A stretch of DNA of 64,000 nucleotides from positions 372,001 to 436,000 of the forward strand of contig CM076002.1 in NCBI GenBank assembly GCA_038087875.1. Direction: 5' to 3'. The notes beneath the pieces were generated by a model, which saw only the letters and a program-made list of their open reading frames with translations, had not been told where the DNA came from and made no database searches. Below, piece after piece: positions 11,797 through 24,849 of the stretch; positions within the stretch are counted from its first letter, which is position 1, and every line of letters starts with the position of its first letter. A program made the translations under genes and the position numbers. This stretch comes from Malacoraja senta (taxonomy: Eukaryota).

Positions 11797-14229
11797 CAGG
11801 AGCATGTATAGATGTATTTGTATCAAAAATATATAACACAATCTTCCCATATCTAGCTCGGCATTTATCTAATTGGTGGCATGGCTCAAATAAACGGTCC
11901 ATTTTTCCCAGATCTTCTCAAATGAATTCTCCTTGACTCTCAAGGAATATGTCAATTTCTCCATATTAAAGATGTCTCGCACAATTTCTAACCACTGTTC
12001 CTGTTTTGGACTTTTTTCATTAAGCCACTGCTTGGTAGTGGCCTTCTTACTTGCTGCAAGCAAAACTTTAATCAAATATGTATCTTCTATCTTTACTATA
12101 TCTTTAATGTGCCCCAGATCCATCACAGGGCAGGTATTTGGGATTTTATAACCCAAGATATTTTTTACAACTCCATTAACATTTTCCCAATATGGCCTTA
12201 TCTATACACAGTTCCAGAAAATATGCGAGTGGTCTGCCACCGTACTCCTGCACAGCCTCCAACAGTGTTGTTGGACAGCAAGTTGTCTGCTTTTTATTTT
12301 GGGTGTTATAAGAAAGCGAGATAGATTCTTCCAGCAAAATTCTCTCCATACTAGTGAGCTTGTGGATGTACATTGTGTTTCACACATTTGATACCATTCT
12401 TATTCTGTTATTTGAATCTTTAATTCTGCTTCCCATTTTGTTTTTATGTAGAGTGTTGATTCTCCCCCGCTTCCCACCAGAGCTTGGTAGAAAGCAGAGA
12501 TGACCCGAGACCCCTTCTGTTTGTATGCATCCACAATCACCTTGATCACATTATTTGAAGTTTCATCTAGTTCTGGCCTTATCTCTTTTGTAAAGTAGTC
12601 TCTTAATTGCAAGTATCTAAAAAAATCTTTGTTTTCGAGACCATACTTTGACTTTAAATCTTGGAAGCTCATAAACTCGCCATTTTCTGAAACTGTATAC
12701 ATTGCTGTTATGCCTTTTTATGCCCATTCTTTGAATCTTGAATCATACATCCCTGGCTTAAACTTTGAGTCATATGCGAACATCTTCAATGCGTGAACCC
12801 TTCTTTTTAATTTGTATTTTTCCACTATAACATTCCATATTTCTAACGTAAATGCTACTATTGGATCCATAGCATGTCTCAAAGGCCCTCTCAGATATTT
12901 GTCTCCCACCAAAATCTGGGTCTGGTAACCCTGTATCTCCCTTTCCATTTCTTTCCATCGAGATTCATAATCAGGTCTACACCAACAAGCCAGAGGTCTG
13001 AGTTGAGCTGCATAAAAGTATTTCCTCAGATTTGGTAAAGCCATTCCACCCTTGCTTTTCGCCAGTTGAAGTGTTGTTAATTTTATTCTTGTTTTTTTGC
13101 TATTCCAAATGAATCTAGAGATCATCTTATCCCAGGCTATGAATTTATCTCGGGGAACATTAATTGGGAGAGATTGGAATAAATATAGTAGTTTAGGTAG
13201 GATATTCATTTTTACCATTTGTATTCTGGCACTGAAGTCTAGAGGAAGGGTCAACCACCTTTCAACATCCTTTTTGATGTTTTCTTCAATTTTGTTATAA
13301 TTAGTTTCAAACATGTTGGAAAGTGTTTTGGTTATAGTTACACCAAGATACTGCATCGTTTTAGAATTCCATTTCAGATTATATGCATCTCTGATTTGTT
13401 GGGATGGAGAATAATTGAATGAAAGAATTTGTGTTTTTGTTATATTCAGTTTATACCCTGAGTAGTATCCATATGTTTCAAATAGGTTCATTAGATTTGG
13501 GAGACATATATCTGGTCGTTCAAGAAAAATAATGATATCATCAGCGAAAAGTCCAATGATATGTTCTTTCCCCCCTATTTTGACCCCCTGCAGATCTTCT
13601 CTCTGCCTTATTGCTTGTGCTATGGGTTCAATATACAAAACGAAGAGAGTAGGAGAAAGACAACATTCTTGTCTTGTGTCCCTCTCTAACTGGATCCTTT
13701 TTGATAGGTTTCCATTTACCTTAATCCTAGCTGTAGGCTCCAGATATATTGTTTTAATACACCGAATTGCATCTTCATTGAAACCAAATCTCCTCAGTAC
13801 TTCATAAAAAAATACCCAACTAACACTATCAAAGGCTTTTTCTGCATCTAAACTGATCAGGACCATATTTGTATCCTTTTTTTTTAGCATTAGCCACAAT
13901 GTGGAGGGTTCTTCTAATATTATCCTGTGTTTGACGCCCCCGAATAAATCCAGTTTGGTCTTCATTAATCAGATCTGGTACAAAAGTCTTGTGTCTTTTG
14001 CAAATGATTGAGATAAATAGTTTGTAGTCTACATTTAAAATTGAGATTGGCCTGAAATTACATTGCTCTTTGTCTTTGCCTTCCTTGGGTAAAATGGTAA
14101 TAATTGCTTCCTTCCATGATGGGGGAGCCCTGCCCTCTTTAAGGGTCCAGTTAAAGTAAGACAGGCGCAGAGGTGTTAGCTCTTTCTTAAAGGCCTTGTA
14201 CCATTCTGGTGGAAACCGATCGCTGCCTG

Positions 14230-17200
14230 CAACAGACGGCATTCGAGGATGGTGTGTTGCCTTCCTGGTGCCAGGATCCAGGATGTCACGGACAGAGTGC
14301 AGAAAATCCTCAAGGGTGAAGGTGAAAAGCCGGAAGTGGTAGTGCATGTCGGCACAAACGATGTCGGAAAGAAGGGGATGAATATTCTGCAGCGTGACTT
14401 TAGAGAGTTCGGAAAAATGCTGAAAAGCAGGACCTCCAGGGTTGTTATCTCCGGTTTGCTTCCAGTTCCTCGTGCAGGCGAGAGCAGGAACAGGGAGATA
14501 CGGGACCTGAATGTGTGGCTGAGGAACTGGTGCAAGGGGCAGGGATTTAGATTCTTAGATCACTGGGATCTGTTTTGGAGTAAGGGGGAACTGTACAAAA
14601 GGGACAGATTGCATCTTTACAGGTGGGGGACCAGCATTCTGGCAGGCAGGTTTGCCACTGCTACTTAAACTGAATAAGGGGGTGGGGTGTCAAATGGGAT
14701 AGTCGAGGATGGAGTTAAAGGGAAAGAGAGTAAAGGGAGGGTTAATGACCCCAGAATTATCGGGAAAGGAAGCTCACAAATGGAGAGTATGGCCAAGTGT
14801 AATAGGGATCGATGTGAAAGGTGAGCAAAAGGATTTGAGTATAGGAGCAGGGAGGTTCTACTGCAGTTGTACAGGGTCTTGGTGAGACCACACCTGGAGT
14901 ATTGCGTACAGATTTGTTCTCCAAATCTGAGGAAAGACATTCTTGCCATAGAGGGAGTACAGAGAAGGTTCACCAGACTGATTCCTGGGATGTCAAGACT
15001 TTCATATGAAGAAAACTGGATAGACTCGGCTTGTACTCGCTAGAATTTAGAAGATTGAGGGGGATATCTTATAGAAACGTACAAAATTCTTAAGGGGTTG
15101 AACAGGCTAGATGCAGGAAGATTGTTCCCGATGTTGGGGAAGTCCAGGACAAGGGGTCACAATTTAAGGATAAAGGGGAAATCCTTTAGGACCGAGATGA
15201 GAATTTTTTGTTTTCATACAGAGAGTGGTGAATCTCTGGAACTCTCTGCCACAGAAGGTAGTTGAGGCCAGTTCATTGGCTATATTTAAGAGGGTTAGAT
15301 GTGGCCCTTGTGGCTAAAGGGATCAGGGGGTATGGAGAGAAGGCAGGGATGGGATACTGAGTTGGATGATCAGCCATGATCATATTGAATGGCGATGCAG
15401 TCTCGAAGGGCCGAATAGCCTACTCCTGCACCTATTTTCTATGATTCCATGTTTCTATGTGAGATGTGTAAGGAATTAAAAGTATTGTCTATGAATGCGC
15501 GAAGTATAAGAAGTAAAGTAGATGAGCTTGAGGCTCAGTTAGAGGTTGGTAGATATGACATTGTGGGGATTACTGAGACGTGGCTGCAGGAGGATCGGGC
15601 ATGGGAACTTAATATTCAGGGTTATACATCCTATAGAAAGGACAGGCAGGTGGGCAGAGGAGGGGGGTAGCTCTGCAGGTGAGGGATGGAATTCAGCCCC
15701 TTGCGAAGGAAGACATAGGGACTGACGAGGTAGAGTCACTGTGGATTGAGTTGAGGAATTGTAAAGGCAAGAAGACACTAATTGGTGTTAATTACAGACC
15801 TCCAAATAGTAGCCCGGATGTAGGGTGTAAGTGGCAGCAGGAGTTAAAACTGGCATGTAACAAAGGTAATGCCACTGTGGTGATGGGGGATTTCTATATG
15901 CAGGTAGACTGGGAAAATCAGGTTGGTTCAGGACCCCAAGAAAGAGAGTTTGTAGAATGCCTCCGAGATGGATTCTTAGAGCAGCTTGTAATGGAGCCGA
16001 CCAGAGAAAAGGCAATTCTGGATTTAGTGTTGTCCAATGAACCAGATATGATAAGAGAACTCGAGGTAAAGGAACCGCTTGGAGGTCTTGATCATAATAT
16101 GATTAGTTTTAATCTGCAATTTGAGAAGGAGAACGTTAAATCGGAAGTGGCAGTGATGCAGTTGAACAAAGGGGACTATGAAGGCATGAGAGGGGAGCTG
16201 GCCAAAGTAGACTGGAAAGGGATCCTAGCAGGAATGACGGTGGAACAGCAATGGCAGGAATTTCTGGACATAATCCGGGAGACGCAGGATCATTTCATTC
16301 CAAAAAGGAAGAAAGATTCTAAGGGAAGTAGGAGGCAACCGTGGCTGACAAGAGAATATAGGGATAGAATAAAACTAAAAGAAAAGATGTATAACACAGC
16401 AAAGAATAGCTGGAAGCCAGAGGATTGGGAAACTTTCATAGGACAACAGAAAGAAACAAAACGGGCAATACGGGCTGAAAAGATGAAGTATGAAGGGAAG
16501 CTGGCCAGGAATATAAAGAAGGACAGTAAAAGCTTCTTTAGATATGTTAAGGGGAAAAGAGTAGCAAAGTCAAATGTGGATCCCTTGAAGGCAGACACGG
16601 GTGAAAATATTATGGGCAACAACGAAATGGCAGAAGTGTTGAATAGGTACTTCGGATCTGTCTTCACTAAGGAAGACACAAACAATCTCCCAGATGTACT
16701 GGAGGACAGAAGATCTAAGGGGGTAGAGGAACTGAAAGAAATTTTCATTAGGCGAGAAATAGTATTGGGTAGGCTAATAGGACTGAAGGATGATAAATCC
16801 CCTGGGCCTGATGGTCTGCATCCCAGGGTCCTCAAGGAGGTGGCTTGAGAAATAGTGGACGCAATGGTGATCATTTTCCAATGTTCAATAGATTCAGGAT
16901 CAGTTCCTGTGGATTGGAGGATAGCTAATGTTATCCCACTTTTCAAGAAAGGAGCGAGAGAGAAAACGGGGAATTATAGACCAGTTAGCCTGACCGGTGG
17001 TGTGAAAGATGCTGGAGTCAATTATTAAAGAGGTAATAATGGGGCATTTGGATAGCGGTAAAAGGATTAGTCCGTCAACATGGATTTATGAAAGGGAAAT
17101 CATGCTTGACTAATCTTCTGGAATTTTTTGAAGATATATCAAGTAAAATGGATGAAGGGGTGCCAGTCGATTTAGTGTGTCTAGACTTTCAGAAAGCCTT

Positions 17201-18364
17201 TGATAAGGTCCCGCACGGGAGACTGGTGACTAAAATTAGAGCACATGGTATTGGGGGTAGGGTGTTGACATGGATAGAAAATTGGTTGGCAGTAGGAGTG
17301 AAAGGGTCCTTTTCAGAATGGCAGGCAGTTGCGAATGGAGTGCAGCAAGGTTCGGTGTTGGGACCGCAACTGTTTACCATATACATTAATGATTTGGAAG
17401 AGGGAATTAGGAACAACACTAGCAAGTTTGCGGATAACACAAAGCTGGGTGGCAGTGTGAACAGTGAAAAGGATGTTAGGAGGTTGCAGGGTGACCTAGA
17501 CAGGTTGAGTGAGTGGGCAGATGCGTGGCAGATGCAGTATAATATAGATAAATGTGAGGTTATGCACTTTGGTGGCAAAAACAAGGGGGCAGATTATTAT
17601 CTCAATGGGGTTAGGTTAGGTAAGGGGGAGGTGCAGCGAGACCTGGGTGTCCTTGTACACCGGTCACTGAAAGTTGTCATGCACGTACAGCAGGCAGTGA
17701 AGAAAGCTAATGGAATGTTGGCCTTCATAACAAGAGGATTTCAGTATAGGAGTAAAGAGGTTCTTCTGCAGTTGTATGGGGCTCTGGTGAGACCACATCT
17801 GGAGTATTGTGTACAGTTTTGGTCTCCTAATTTGAGGAAGGACATCCTTGTGATTGAGGCAGTGCAGCGTTGGTTCACGAGATTGATCCCTGGGATGGCG
17901 GGACTGTCATGTGAGGAAAGATTGAAAAGACTAGGCTTGTATTCACTGGAGTTTAGAAGGATGAGGGGGATCTTATAGAAACATATAACATTATAAAAGG
18001 ACTGGACAAGCTAGATGCAGGAAAAATGTTCCCAATGTTGGGCGAGTCCAGAACCAGGGGCCACAGTCTTAGAATAAAGGGGAGGTCATTTAAGACTGAG
18101 GTGAGAAAAAACTTTTTCACCCTGAGAGTTGTGAATTTATGGAATTCCCTGCCACAGAGGGCAGTGGAGGCCAAATCACTGGATGGATTTAAGAGAGAGT
18201 TAGATAGAGCTCTAGGGGCTAGTGGAGTTAAGGGATATGGGGAGAAGGCAGGCACGGGTTATTGATAGGGGACGAACAGCCATGATCACAATGAATGGCG
18301 GTGCTGGCTCGAAGGGCCAAATGGCCTCCTCCTGCACCTATTTTCTATGTTTTCTATGATTCTA
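14230..18364 (+). mobile_element. Near-complete CR1 (ORF1 esterase part, ORF2, 3' tail) inserted in L1 ORF2
   Basis: VVVHVGTND esterase, APE and RT ORFs 15679-17978, TTCTATG-type tail. 6-bp TSD TGCCTG at 14224-14229 and 18365-18370; the L1 KSPG|SD motif rejoins across it. Confidence 0.92.
14826..15458 (+). mobile_element. 5'-truncated CR1 nested inside the CR1 above
   Basis: ORF2 C-terminus and tail, with TSD GTGAG at 14821-14825 and 15459-15463. Confidence 0.88.
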
Positions 18365-19432
18365 TGCCTGGTGATTTACTAGCCTTAAGTCTACTGATTG
18401 CAGCTTCCAGCTCCTTAACTGTAAATTATGACGTAATGATATTATTTTGTGTCTCACCAATGGATGGCAGGTCAAGTGAGTCAAGAAAACTTCTCATTGT
18501 CCTTTCGTCAGCTGATGGTGGTTTAGAATACAGTTTCTTATTGTATTCTTCAAATATTCTTTCTATCACATCTGGCTCATGTGATAATTGATTGGTTTTA
18601 TGATCTCTTATTTTATGAGTTGTATTGGAGGCCTGCTGTTTACGCAGGCGTCTGGCCAGGAGTCTAGTTGTTTTTGGACCTGCTTCATAATAGGTCTGCT
18701 TTACAAATCTTGCCCTTTTTTCCAAATCTCCCCTGAGGATCTCATCTATCTCCCCTCTTATTTCCTTAATCTGTTTTAGTACATATGTACGTACATACAT
18801 CCTGTATGTTTTTTCTCCAATTCTTTCAAATTTTCTACTTTACGTTGATACGTAGCTAGCCGGGCCTTTTTTGTGATGATGTCAGGGCGATCAGCTTTCC
18901 ACGTATAACTGCCTTCATATCATCCCACAGTATTACAGGGTCCACATCCTCATTATCATTCTCTTCTATGTACCTTTATAACTCTTCCCTTATTTGTTCC
19001 ACGTTTGCCTCATTATTCAAAATACCCACATTGAGCCTCCAAACAGTATTTCTTTTCTACTATTCAGGTGTACTGTCAAGCTGATCGCACTGTGATCAGA
19101 TACATCTGCCACCCCGATTTTACACTCTGTGATCCTGTGACTTTCACCCGTATTCATTAAAAAGTAGTCAATCCTGGAGTAGACTGAGTGAGGTACTGAA
19201 TAGTGTGTGTAGTCCCTTTCTAAAGGGTGAAGTTCTCTCCAAACATCAATTAGGCCCATTTCCTGCACTGATGTGTTAATAAACTTGGTCACATGCATCT
19301 TGTTATTTTTTAGGCTTGTTGTATCCAAATTATGATTCATGACCACATTGAAGTCCCCTCCACAAATCAAAATACCTTCAGTCTCTAAAGCAATAATGTC
19401 AAACGCAGCTGAAAAAACATTTGGTACTCTCT

Positions 19433-19469
<37 letters not shown>

Positions 19470-19483
19470 TACTGATAGTAGTA

Positions 19484-19843
19484 TTAAGTCAAGTCAAGTC
19501 AAGTCACATTTATTTATATAGCACATTTAAAAAACAACTCTCGTTGGCCAAAGTGCTTTACATTTGTTATAAGAATAGCACAACAAAACAAACTACATAC
19601 ATATATACATGTAGCCCTCACTCAGAGGACGTCAGGAAAGGCTTGGGAGTAGAGATAAGTCTTTAGTCTTGACTTAAAAGAGTTGATGGAGGGGGCAATC
19701 CTGATGGGAAAGGGAATGCTGTTCCACAGTCTAGGGGCTGCAACCGCAAAGGCGCGGTCGCCCCTGAGCTTATGCCTAGACCGTGGGATATTCAGCAACC
19801 CCAAGTCGGCTGATCTGAGGGGCCTGGAGGTGGAGTGGTGGGT
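19484..19843 (-). mobile_element. L2-clade LINE 3' fragment with (CTTGA)n tail, inserted in the L1 endonuclease
   Basis: GDRAFAVAAPRLWNSIP...FKSRLKTYL, L2-like stem-loop and AATAAA tail. Confidence 0.85.
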
Positions 19844-20569
19844 GTCACTACTTTGTATTCCAGCTTTCCTTTAACTAATACATACCTTCCCTCTTTGTCC
19901 CTGACTTCTTTATAGCATTCAAATTGGACTGCATTTGTGATAAGGATAGCCACTCCCCTCTTTTGGATAGTTTTATAGGAACTATAAAATGCATTTCTAA
20001 AGCCAAAGCGTTTTTAATTTCTCATGTTCTTGTTGAGTCAGGTGGGTTTCTTGTAAAAATAGTACCTGAGCCTTTTCTTTTTTCAGTTTAGTCAGGACCT
20101 TGCTCCTTTTAACTGGATTATTCATCCCATTTACATTGAGTGACACCAATTTGATAGTATTACGTGACATTTAATTTACCTAATCCTATCTTGCATTCAT
20201 AAATCTCCAGATAACTTGGAACTGTGCAGGTCTGAACATCTGGACAACATGTGTCAAATAAAGAAAATTTAAAAAAAGAGAAAACCGTTGACTTCCAAGT
20301 AAGGGTGATTCCTTGCCACCCTGAGACCCCGTTGGCAGGTAGAGGGAAAAACCTCCTCCCAGAGGGCCCCTCACATTTCACGCATCCTGGTATCGTCCAA
20401 CGTCATCCAATAGCACTTATTTTCTAGTCCAAAAGAAGTGATGACACAATAAAAGCTAGTTGCATGGGGTCTGCTCAGACTCCTGTAGTCGCCCTCTTGC
20501 TGTCTCACTCCCGTCTTTGCTCCTCTTTCCAACTCTCTGTCATGTCAAAACCTGGAGAAGACGCTCCAT

Positions 20570-21493
20570 TTATGGGTCCGCCGACTCCTCAGCGCTGTAA
20601 TCAGGTGTCTCCATGGAGTAGCCTGTCCTACTCAACTCTTGCGCACTATGGTATGTCCATGTTCCTGAGTCCCAGTGAATGTGCATCTTGTCCAGCGGGG
20701 TCTGGAAGTGGACACCTCTCTCCTTCAGGGCCCTCTTTATTCCCTTATATGCCTTGCGCTTCTGGACAACCTCCGTTGCATATTCGTGGTCAAATGATAG
20801 AAGTCGCCCGTCAATCATTACCTTCTTTCCCGAGGCCTTTTTTAATACCATTTCTTTGGCATTAAACTCCAGGAAATTTACCACTATGGACCTAGGTGGT
20901 GCGTTACGTTCCGATTTGCGAGCCAAAGCTCTGTGCGCGCGCTGGATCTGTAGGTTGGTGTCCATTGTTATTGCGAGTTCAGTTTTTAAAAGTTGCTCCA
21001 CAAATTCAGACATGGATTTGCCTTCTTCCTCTTCGGGTACGCCGTAGATGCGAATGTTATTTCGTTTAGACCGTCCTTCCAAATCAGTCAGTTTTTCTTG
21101 CATGACTTTCTGTTTTTTCATAGATTTAAACAGCACATTTTTCATAGCTATGTTAATTGTCTCAGCCTCTTTGATTCGTGTCTCTGCTTTGTTTAGTCTA
21201 GTTTCGTGGGCGTGGATTTGTTTGGAGTTAGCAGAAAGTTTATGATAAATTTCTTGCTTGATATCTTTGAGTTCGGTTTTCATGTCTTCTTTGATTCCTT
21301 CTTTAAATTTATGTAAGTCCACTTTATATTCAGCCCTGAAGTCACGTATTTCCTTACTGATATTGTGGAGCATTGAGCGCACGGTTTCTGCAGAGTCATC
21401 TTTTGAGCTTTGAGCTTTGTCCATTTCCGGTGAATTCTTTCTTTCTCGTCCATCACGTTTCTTTTGACTTCTAGTTGTCACTCCCCCACTCAT
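20570..21493 (-). CDS. L1 ORF1 protein (coiled coil + RRM/CTD, Transposase_22-like), open 307 aa
   Basis: LTDLEGRSKRNNIRIYGVPE, IQRAHR, PRSIVVNF. Confidence 0.88.
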   Translation of the reverse strand: MSGGVTTRSQKKRDGRERKNSPEMDKAQSSKDDSAETVRSMLHNISKEIRDFRAEYKVDLHKFKEGIKEDMKTELKDIKQEIYHKLSANSKQIHAHETRLNKAETRIKEAETINIAMKNVLFKSMKKQKVMQEKLTDLEGRSKRNNIRIYGVPEEEEGKSMSEFVEQLLKTELAITMDTNLQIQRAHRALARKSERNAPPRSIVVNFLEFNAKEMVLKKASGKKVMIDGRLLSFDHEYATEVVQKRKAYKGIKRALKERGVHFQTPLDKMHIHWDSGTWTYHSAQELSRTGYSMETPDYSAEESADP

Positions 21494-21919
21494 TCCAATA
21501 CAGAAAACTGTGACTTATGTGGCAATTAGTGAATTAAGGGAGGCTAGTTTTAAACTTGCTATCGGGAGCTCGAGATTAAGCAGCCATCTGCTCGCGTCAC
21601 CACCGGAAGTGTTTTTCTATGTTTCTAATCTGATTCTTTTTGTGATTTGTATCTTATTCTAGGAAGTAACTTTGTAATTTTGTTTAATCCACTGCTAATA
21701 CTCCTATATCCTTTCTTAAACAAGGCGACCATGACCGTCCTATACAATTATATCCACATTGATACTTTTGCAATAATCTCATATCCGATAGTGGAGATAA
21801 TTCACAATGTTAACCAGCATTGCAGATGTATGAAGCAAGGAACTGCAGATGTTGATTTATACCATCGACACATAATGCTGGAATAACACATCGGAATAAC
21901 CCACGTATTATTTCTATAC

Positions 21920-22450
21920 ATGCGGCCAGAAGGCTTCCCGACGGGCCGCGGCTGTGGACTAGGAACACGGCCAGAATCCTTTATCGAGGCGCCGCGGTCT
22001 CTATGCCTCACGGATTGCCGCGTGAAGCCCGAGTCGGGGCCCGACCGGGATCCCGTGGGTAGAAGCCCACGGTTAGGGCCCGGATCGGCGCCAAGGAGGC
22101 GCGAAGTGGGGCGGCGGCAGCGGTGAAGCCTCTCCGCGGCGGCGATGCCTCGAATGTCGACGGTCGATGAGAGTGAGGAGGACCACCGTGAATGGGAAGG
22201 GGAAGAACAATGGAGGACTCGGTGTGGGGGGTTCACCATGGGGAAGGACAATGGACAATTGGGGAGGGGGAGGGGACAAATGACAATGGGGACCCGGCTT
22301 GGAGGAACTGTTGGGGAGGGCAACAAAAGGGGGAGCCGGCATGCTTTGTAACTTTGTCAATGACGTAGGTGGCTGCTATTTGTATAAATTGTGTATGCAA
22401 GCAAAGAATCTCAATGTGCCTAGTCACATGGGACATTAAAGTATTCCTAT
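21920..22450 (+). mobile_element. GC-rich non-autonomous retroposon with a LINE-like (Rex/L2-type) tail
   Basis: CpG-rich body ending GCAAAGAATCTCAATGTGCC...ACATTAAAG, similar to the Rex tail at ~46880. Confidence 0.5.
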
Positions 22451-23601
22451 TAGATTAGTATGCAAACTTAAAGCACGTGGTATTGGGGGTTCAGTATCGA
22501 TGTGGATAGAGAACTGGCTGGCAGACAGGAAGCAAAGAGTTGGAGTAAACGAGTCCTTTTCAGAATGGCAGGCAGTGACTAGTGGGGTACCGCAAGGCTC
22601 AGTGTTGGGACCCCAGCTATTTACAATATATATTAATGATTTGGACGAGGGAATTGAATGCAACATCTCCAGGTTTGCGGATGACACGAAGCTAGGGGGC
22701 AGTGTTAGCTGTGAGGAGAATGCTAGGAGGCTGCAAGGTGACTTGGATAGGTTGGGTGAGTGGGCAAATGCATGGCAGATAAGGTATAATGTGGATAAAT
22801 GTGATGTTATTCACTTTGGTGGCAAAAACAGGAAAGTAGACTATTATCTGAATTGTGGCCGATTTGGAAAAGGGGAGATCAACGAGACCTGGGTGTCATG
22901 GTACACCAGTCATTGAAAGTAGGCATGCAGATGCAGCAGGCAGTGAAGAAAGCGAATGGTATGTTAGCATTCATAGCAAAAGGATTTGAGTATAGGAGCA
23001 GGGAGGTTCTACTGCAGTTGTACAGGGTTTTGGTGAGACAACACCTGGAGTATTGCGTGCAGTTTTGGTCTCCTAATCTGAGGAAAGACATTCTTGCCAT
23101 AGAGGGAGTACAGAGAAGGTTCACCAGACTGATTCCTGGGATGTCAGGACTTTCATATGAAGAAAGACTGGATAGACTTGGCTTGTACTCACTAGAATTT
23201 AGAAGATTGAGGGGGGATCTTATAGAAACTTACAAAATTCTTAACGGGTTGGACAGGGTAGATGCAGGAAGATTGTTCCAGATGTTGGGGAAGTCCAGAA
23301 CAAGGGGTCACAGTTTAAGGATAAGGGGGAAGTCTTTTAGGACCGAGATGAGAAAAACATTTTTCACACAGAGAGTGGTGAATCTCTGGAATTCTCTGCC
23401 ACAGAAGGTAGTTGAGGCCAGTTCATTGGCTATATTTAAGAGGGAGTTAGATGTGGCCCTTGTGGCTAAGGGGATCAGGGGGAATGGAGAGAAGGCAGGT
23501 ACGGGATACCGAGTTGGATGATCAGCCATGATCATATTGAATGGCGGTGCAGGCTCAAAGGGCCGAATGGCCTACTCCTGCACCTATTTTCTATGTTTCT
23601 A
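22451..23601 (+). mobile_element. 5'-truncated CR1
   Basis: [32 protein letters not shown] and a TTTCTATG tail. Confidence 0.93.
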
Positions 23602-23606
23602 TTCCT

Positions 23607-24480
23607 TCTGGGTCGGGCAGCATCTCTGGAGAAAAGGAATAGGTAACATTTTGAGTCAGAACCCTTTTTCAGACTAAAAGATAGAGAAGGCCAGAACTAA
23701 ACCTCTTTTCTAAACAGGGTCGCAACAGTTGACCTCAGGGAGAGTGTAGTCCATAAGGGCCCATTGTTGGCTGGAGAATATGTGTTAATGACAGGGTTAT
23801 ATGGAAGCAACAGTGGACTAGGGTAGGAGAGGGGAGGAGTGTACAGCAGATGTGTACAGCAATTCATTCTTTCCCCGCACAATTAAAGCATGGAATAATC
23901 TCCACCCTACTTTAGTTACCCAACCAGATGCAACTAAATTTAAGGTAGCTCTTTCTTCCCAAAAACCCTTTCTGGCTTATCTTCTCCCTCCACCACCTCC
24001 AGTTTAAATTCCATTTGGAATATTTTGGAGGACCAAGAAACCAAGAACCAAGAGTGCGGGGGGGATGGGGGAAATAATGCAGAAGTTACATGAAAGTGCA
24101 GAAATGGATATTCATACAGCTGGGTTGGAAGCTGCCCAAGCGAAATATACAATAGACCATGTGCAGGAGTAGGCCATTCGGCCCTTCGAGACAGCACTGC
24201 CATTCAATGTGATCATGGCTGATCATCCCTAATCAGTAGCCCGTTCCTGCCTTCTCCCCATATCCCCTGAATCTGCTATCTTTAAGAGCCCTATCTAGCT
24301 CTCACTTGAAAGCATCCAGAGAACCGGCCTCCACTGCCCACTGAGGCAGAGAATTCCAGAGAAATATGAGGTGCTGTTCCTTCCATTTGCATGTGGCCTC
24401 ACTGTGTCAGTGGAGGAGACCCAGGACAGAAATGGGTCAGTATGGGAATGGGAATTAAAATGTTTGGCAACCGGAAGAGC
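23607..24480 (-). mobile_element. Decayed Penelope-like 3' region with nested LINE tail (23847-24052) and CR1 tail (24155-24360, minus)
   Basis: PVAKHFNSHSHTD GIY-YIG-associated motif, and a decayed pLTR at 23607-23680. Confidence 0.7.
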
Positions 24481-24849
24481 ATATAGGTCATAAGTCATAG
24501 GAACAGAATTAGGCCATTTGGACCATCAAGTCTACTCCACCATTGGACTAAGTATGTGTTCAGTGAAATGATCACCAAGTCTATGCTTGGTCTCATTGAT
24601 ATAGGAGCCCACACATAGGGCAGAAATGAGGATTAATATAGTATTATTGTAAAGAAGCTGCACTTGAGGCTATGTGATAGAAGGCTAACGGTGGAATTAA
24701 TGCGATGGGTCCCCACTGGTCAACATGAACATGATGGGCTGATTGGCATGTTGTACGACTCTAATCAAACTAATTATGAACATGTGAGTTAATACCAAGC
24801 AATATGAAATAAAATACATTTCTTAGCTGCGGCCAAATTAAATAATTCG

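Larger units (their letters stand above)
9651..11825 (+). mobile_element. 5'-truncated HERO-like (R2-group, RLE-bearing) non-LTR retrotransposon
   Basis: RT motif IRAF|MDDLT (split by an insertion), WARMRFKPGKS and GLPGKFK. CCHC finger CPQC...LEHILSCC and YTWRHDQVL. Restriction-like endonuclease RPDILL...LELTVPWE...K..KY...PIEVGCRGF (ORF 11042-11665). Several stops. Confidence 0.88.
11830..21611 (-). mobile_element. Essentially full-length L1-clade LINE (5' UTR, ORF1, ORF2), interrupted by CR1 and L2 insertions
   Basis: 5' end ACTTCCGG at ~21611 and ORF1 at 20570-21493. ORF2 APE reads LVSLNVNG (~20150), ICGGDFN, YSRIDYF and SDHS. RT reads DAEKAFD, QECCLSP and FADD, with a C-terminal CWRLC...HIFWNC. 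Confidence 0.92.

Noticed and set aside
16290..16946. Long antisense ORFs to CR1 (recurring, e.g. 1025-1438, 39119-39523)
   Set aside because: Shadow frames of CR1 ORF2 with no independent evidence of coding.
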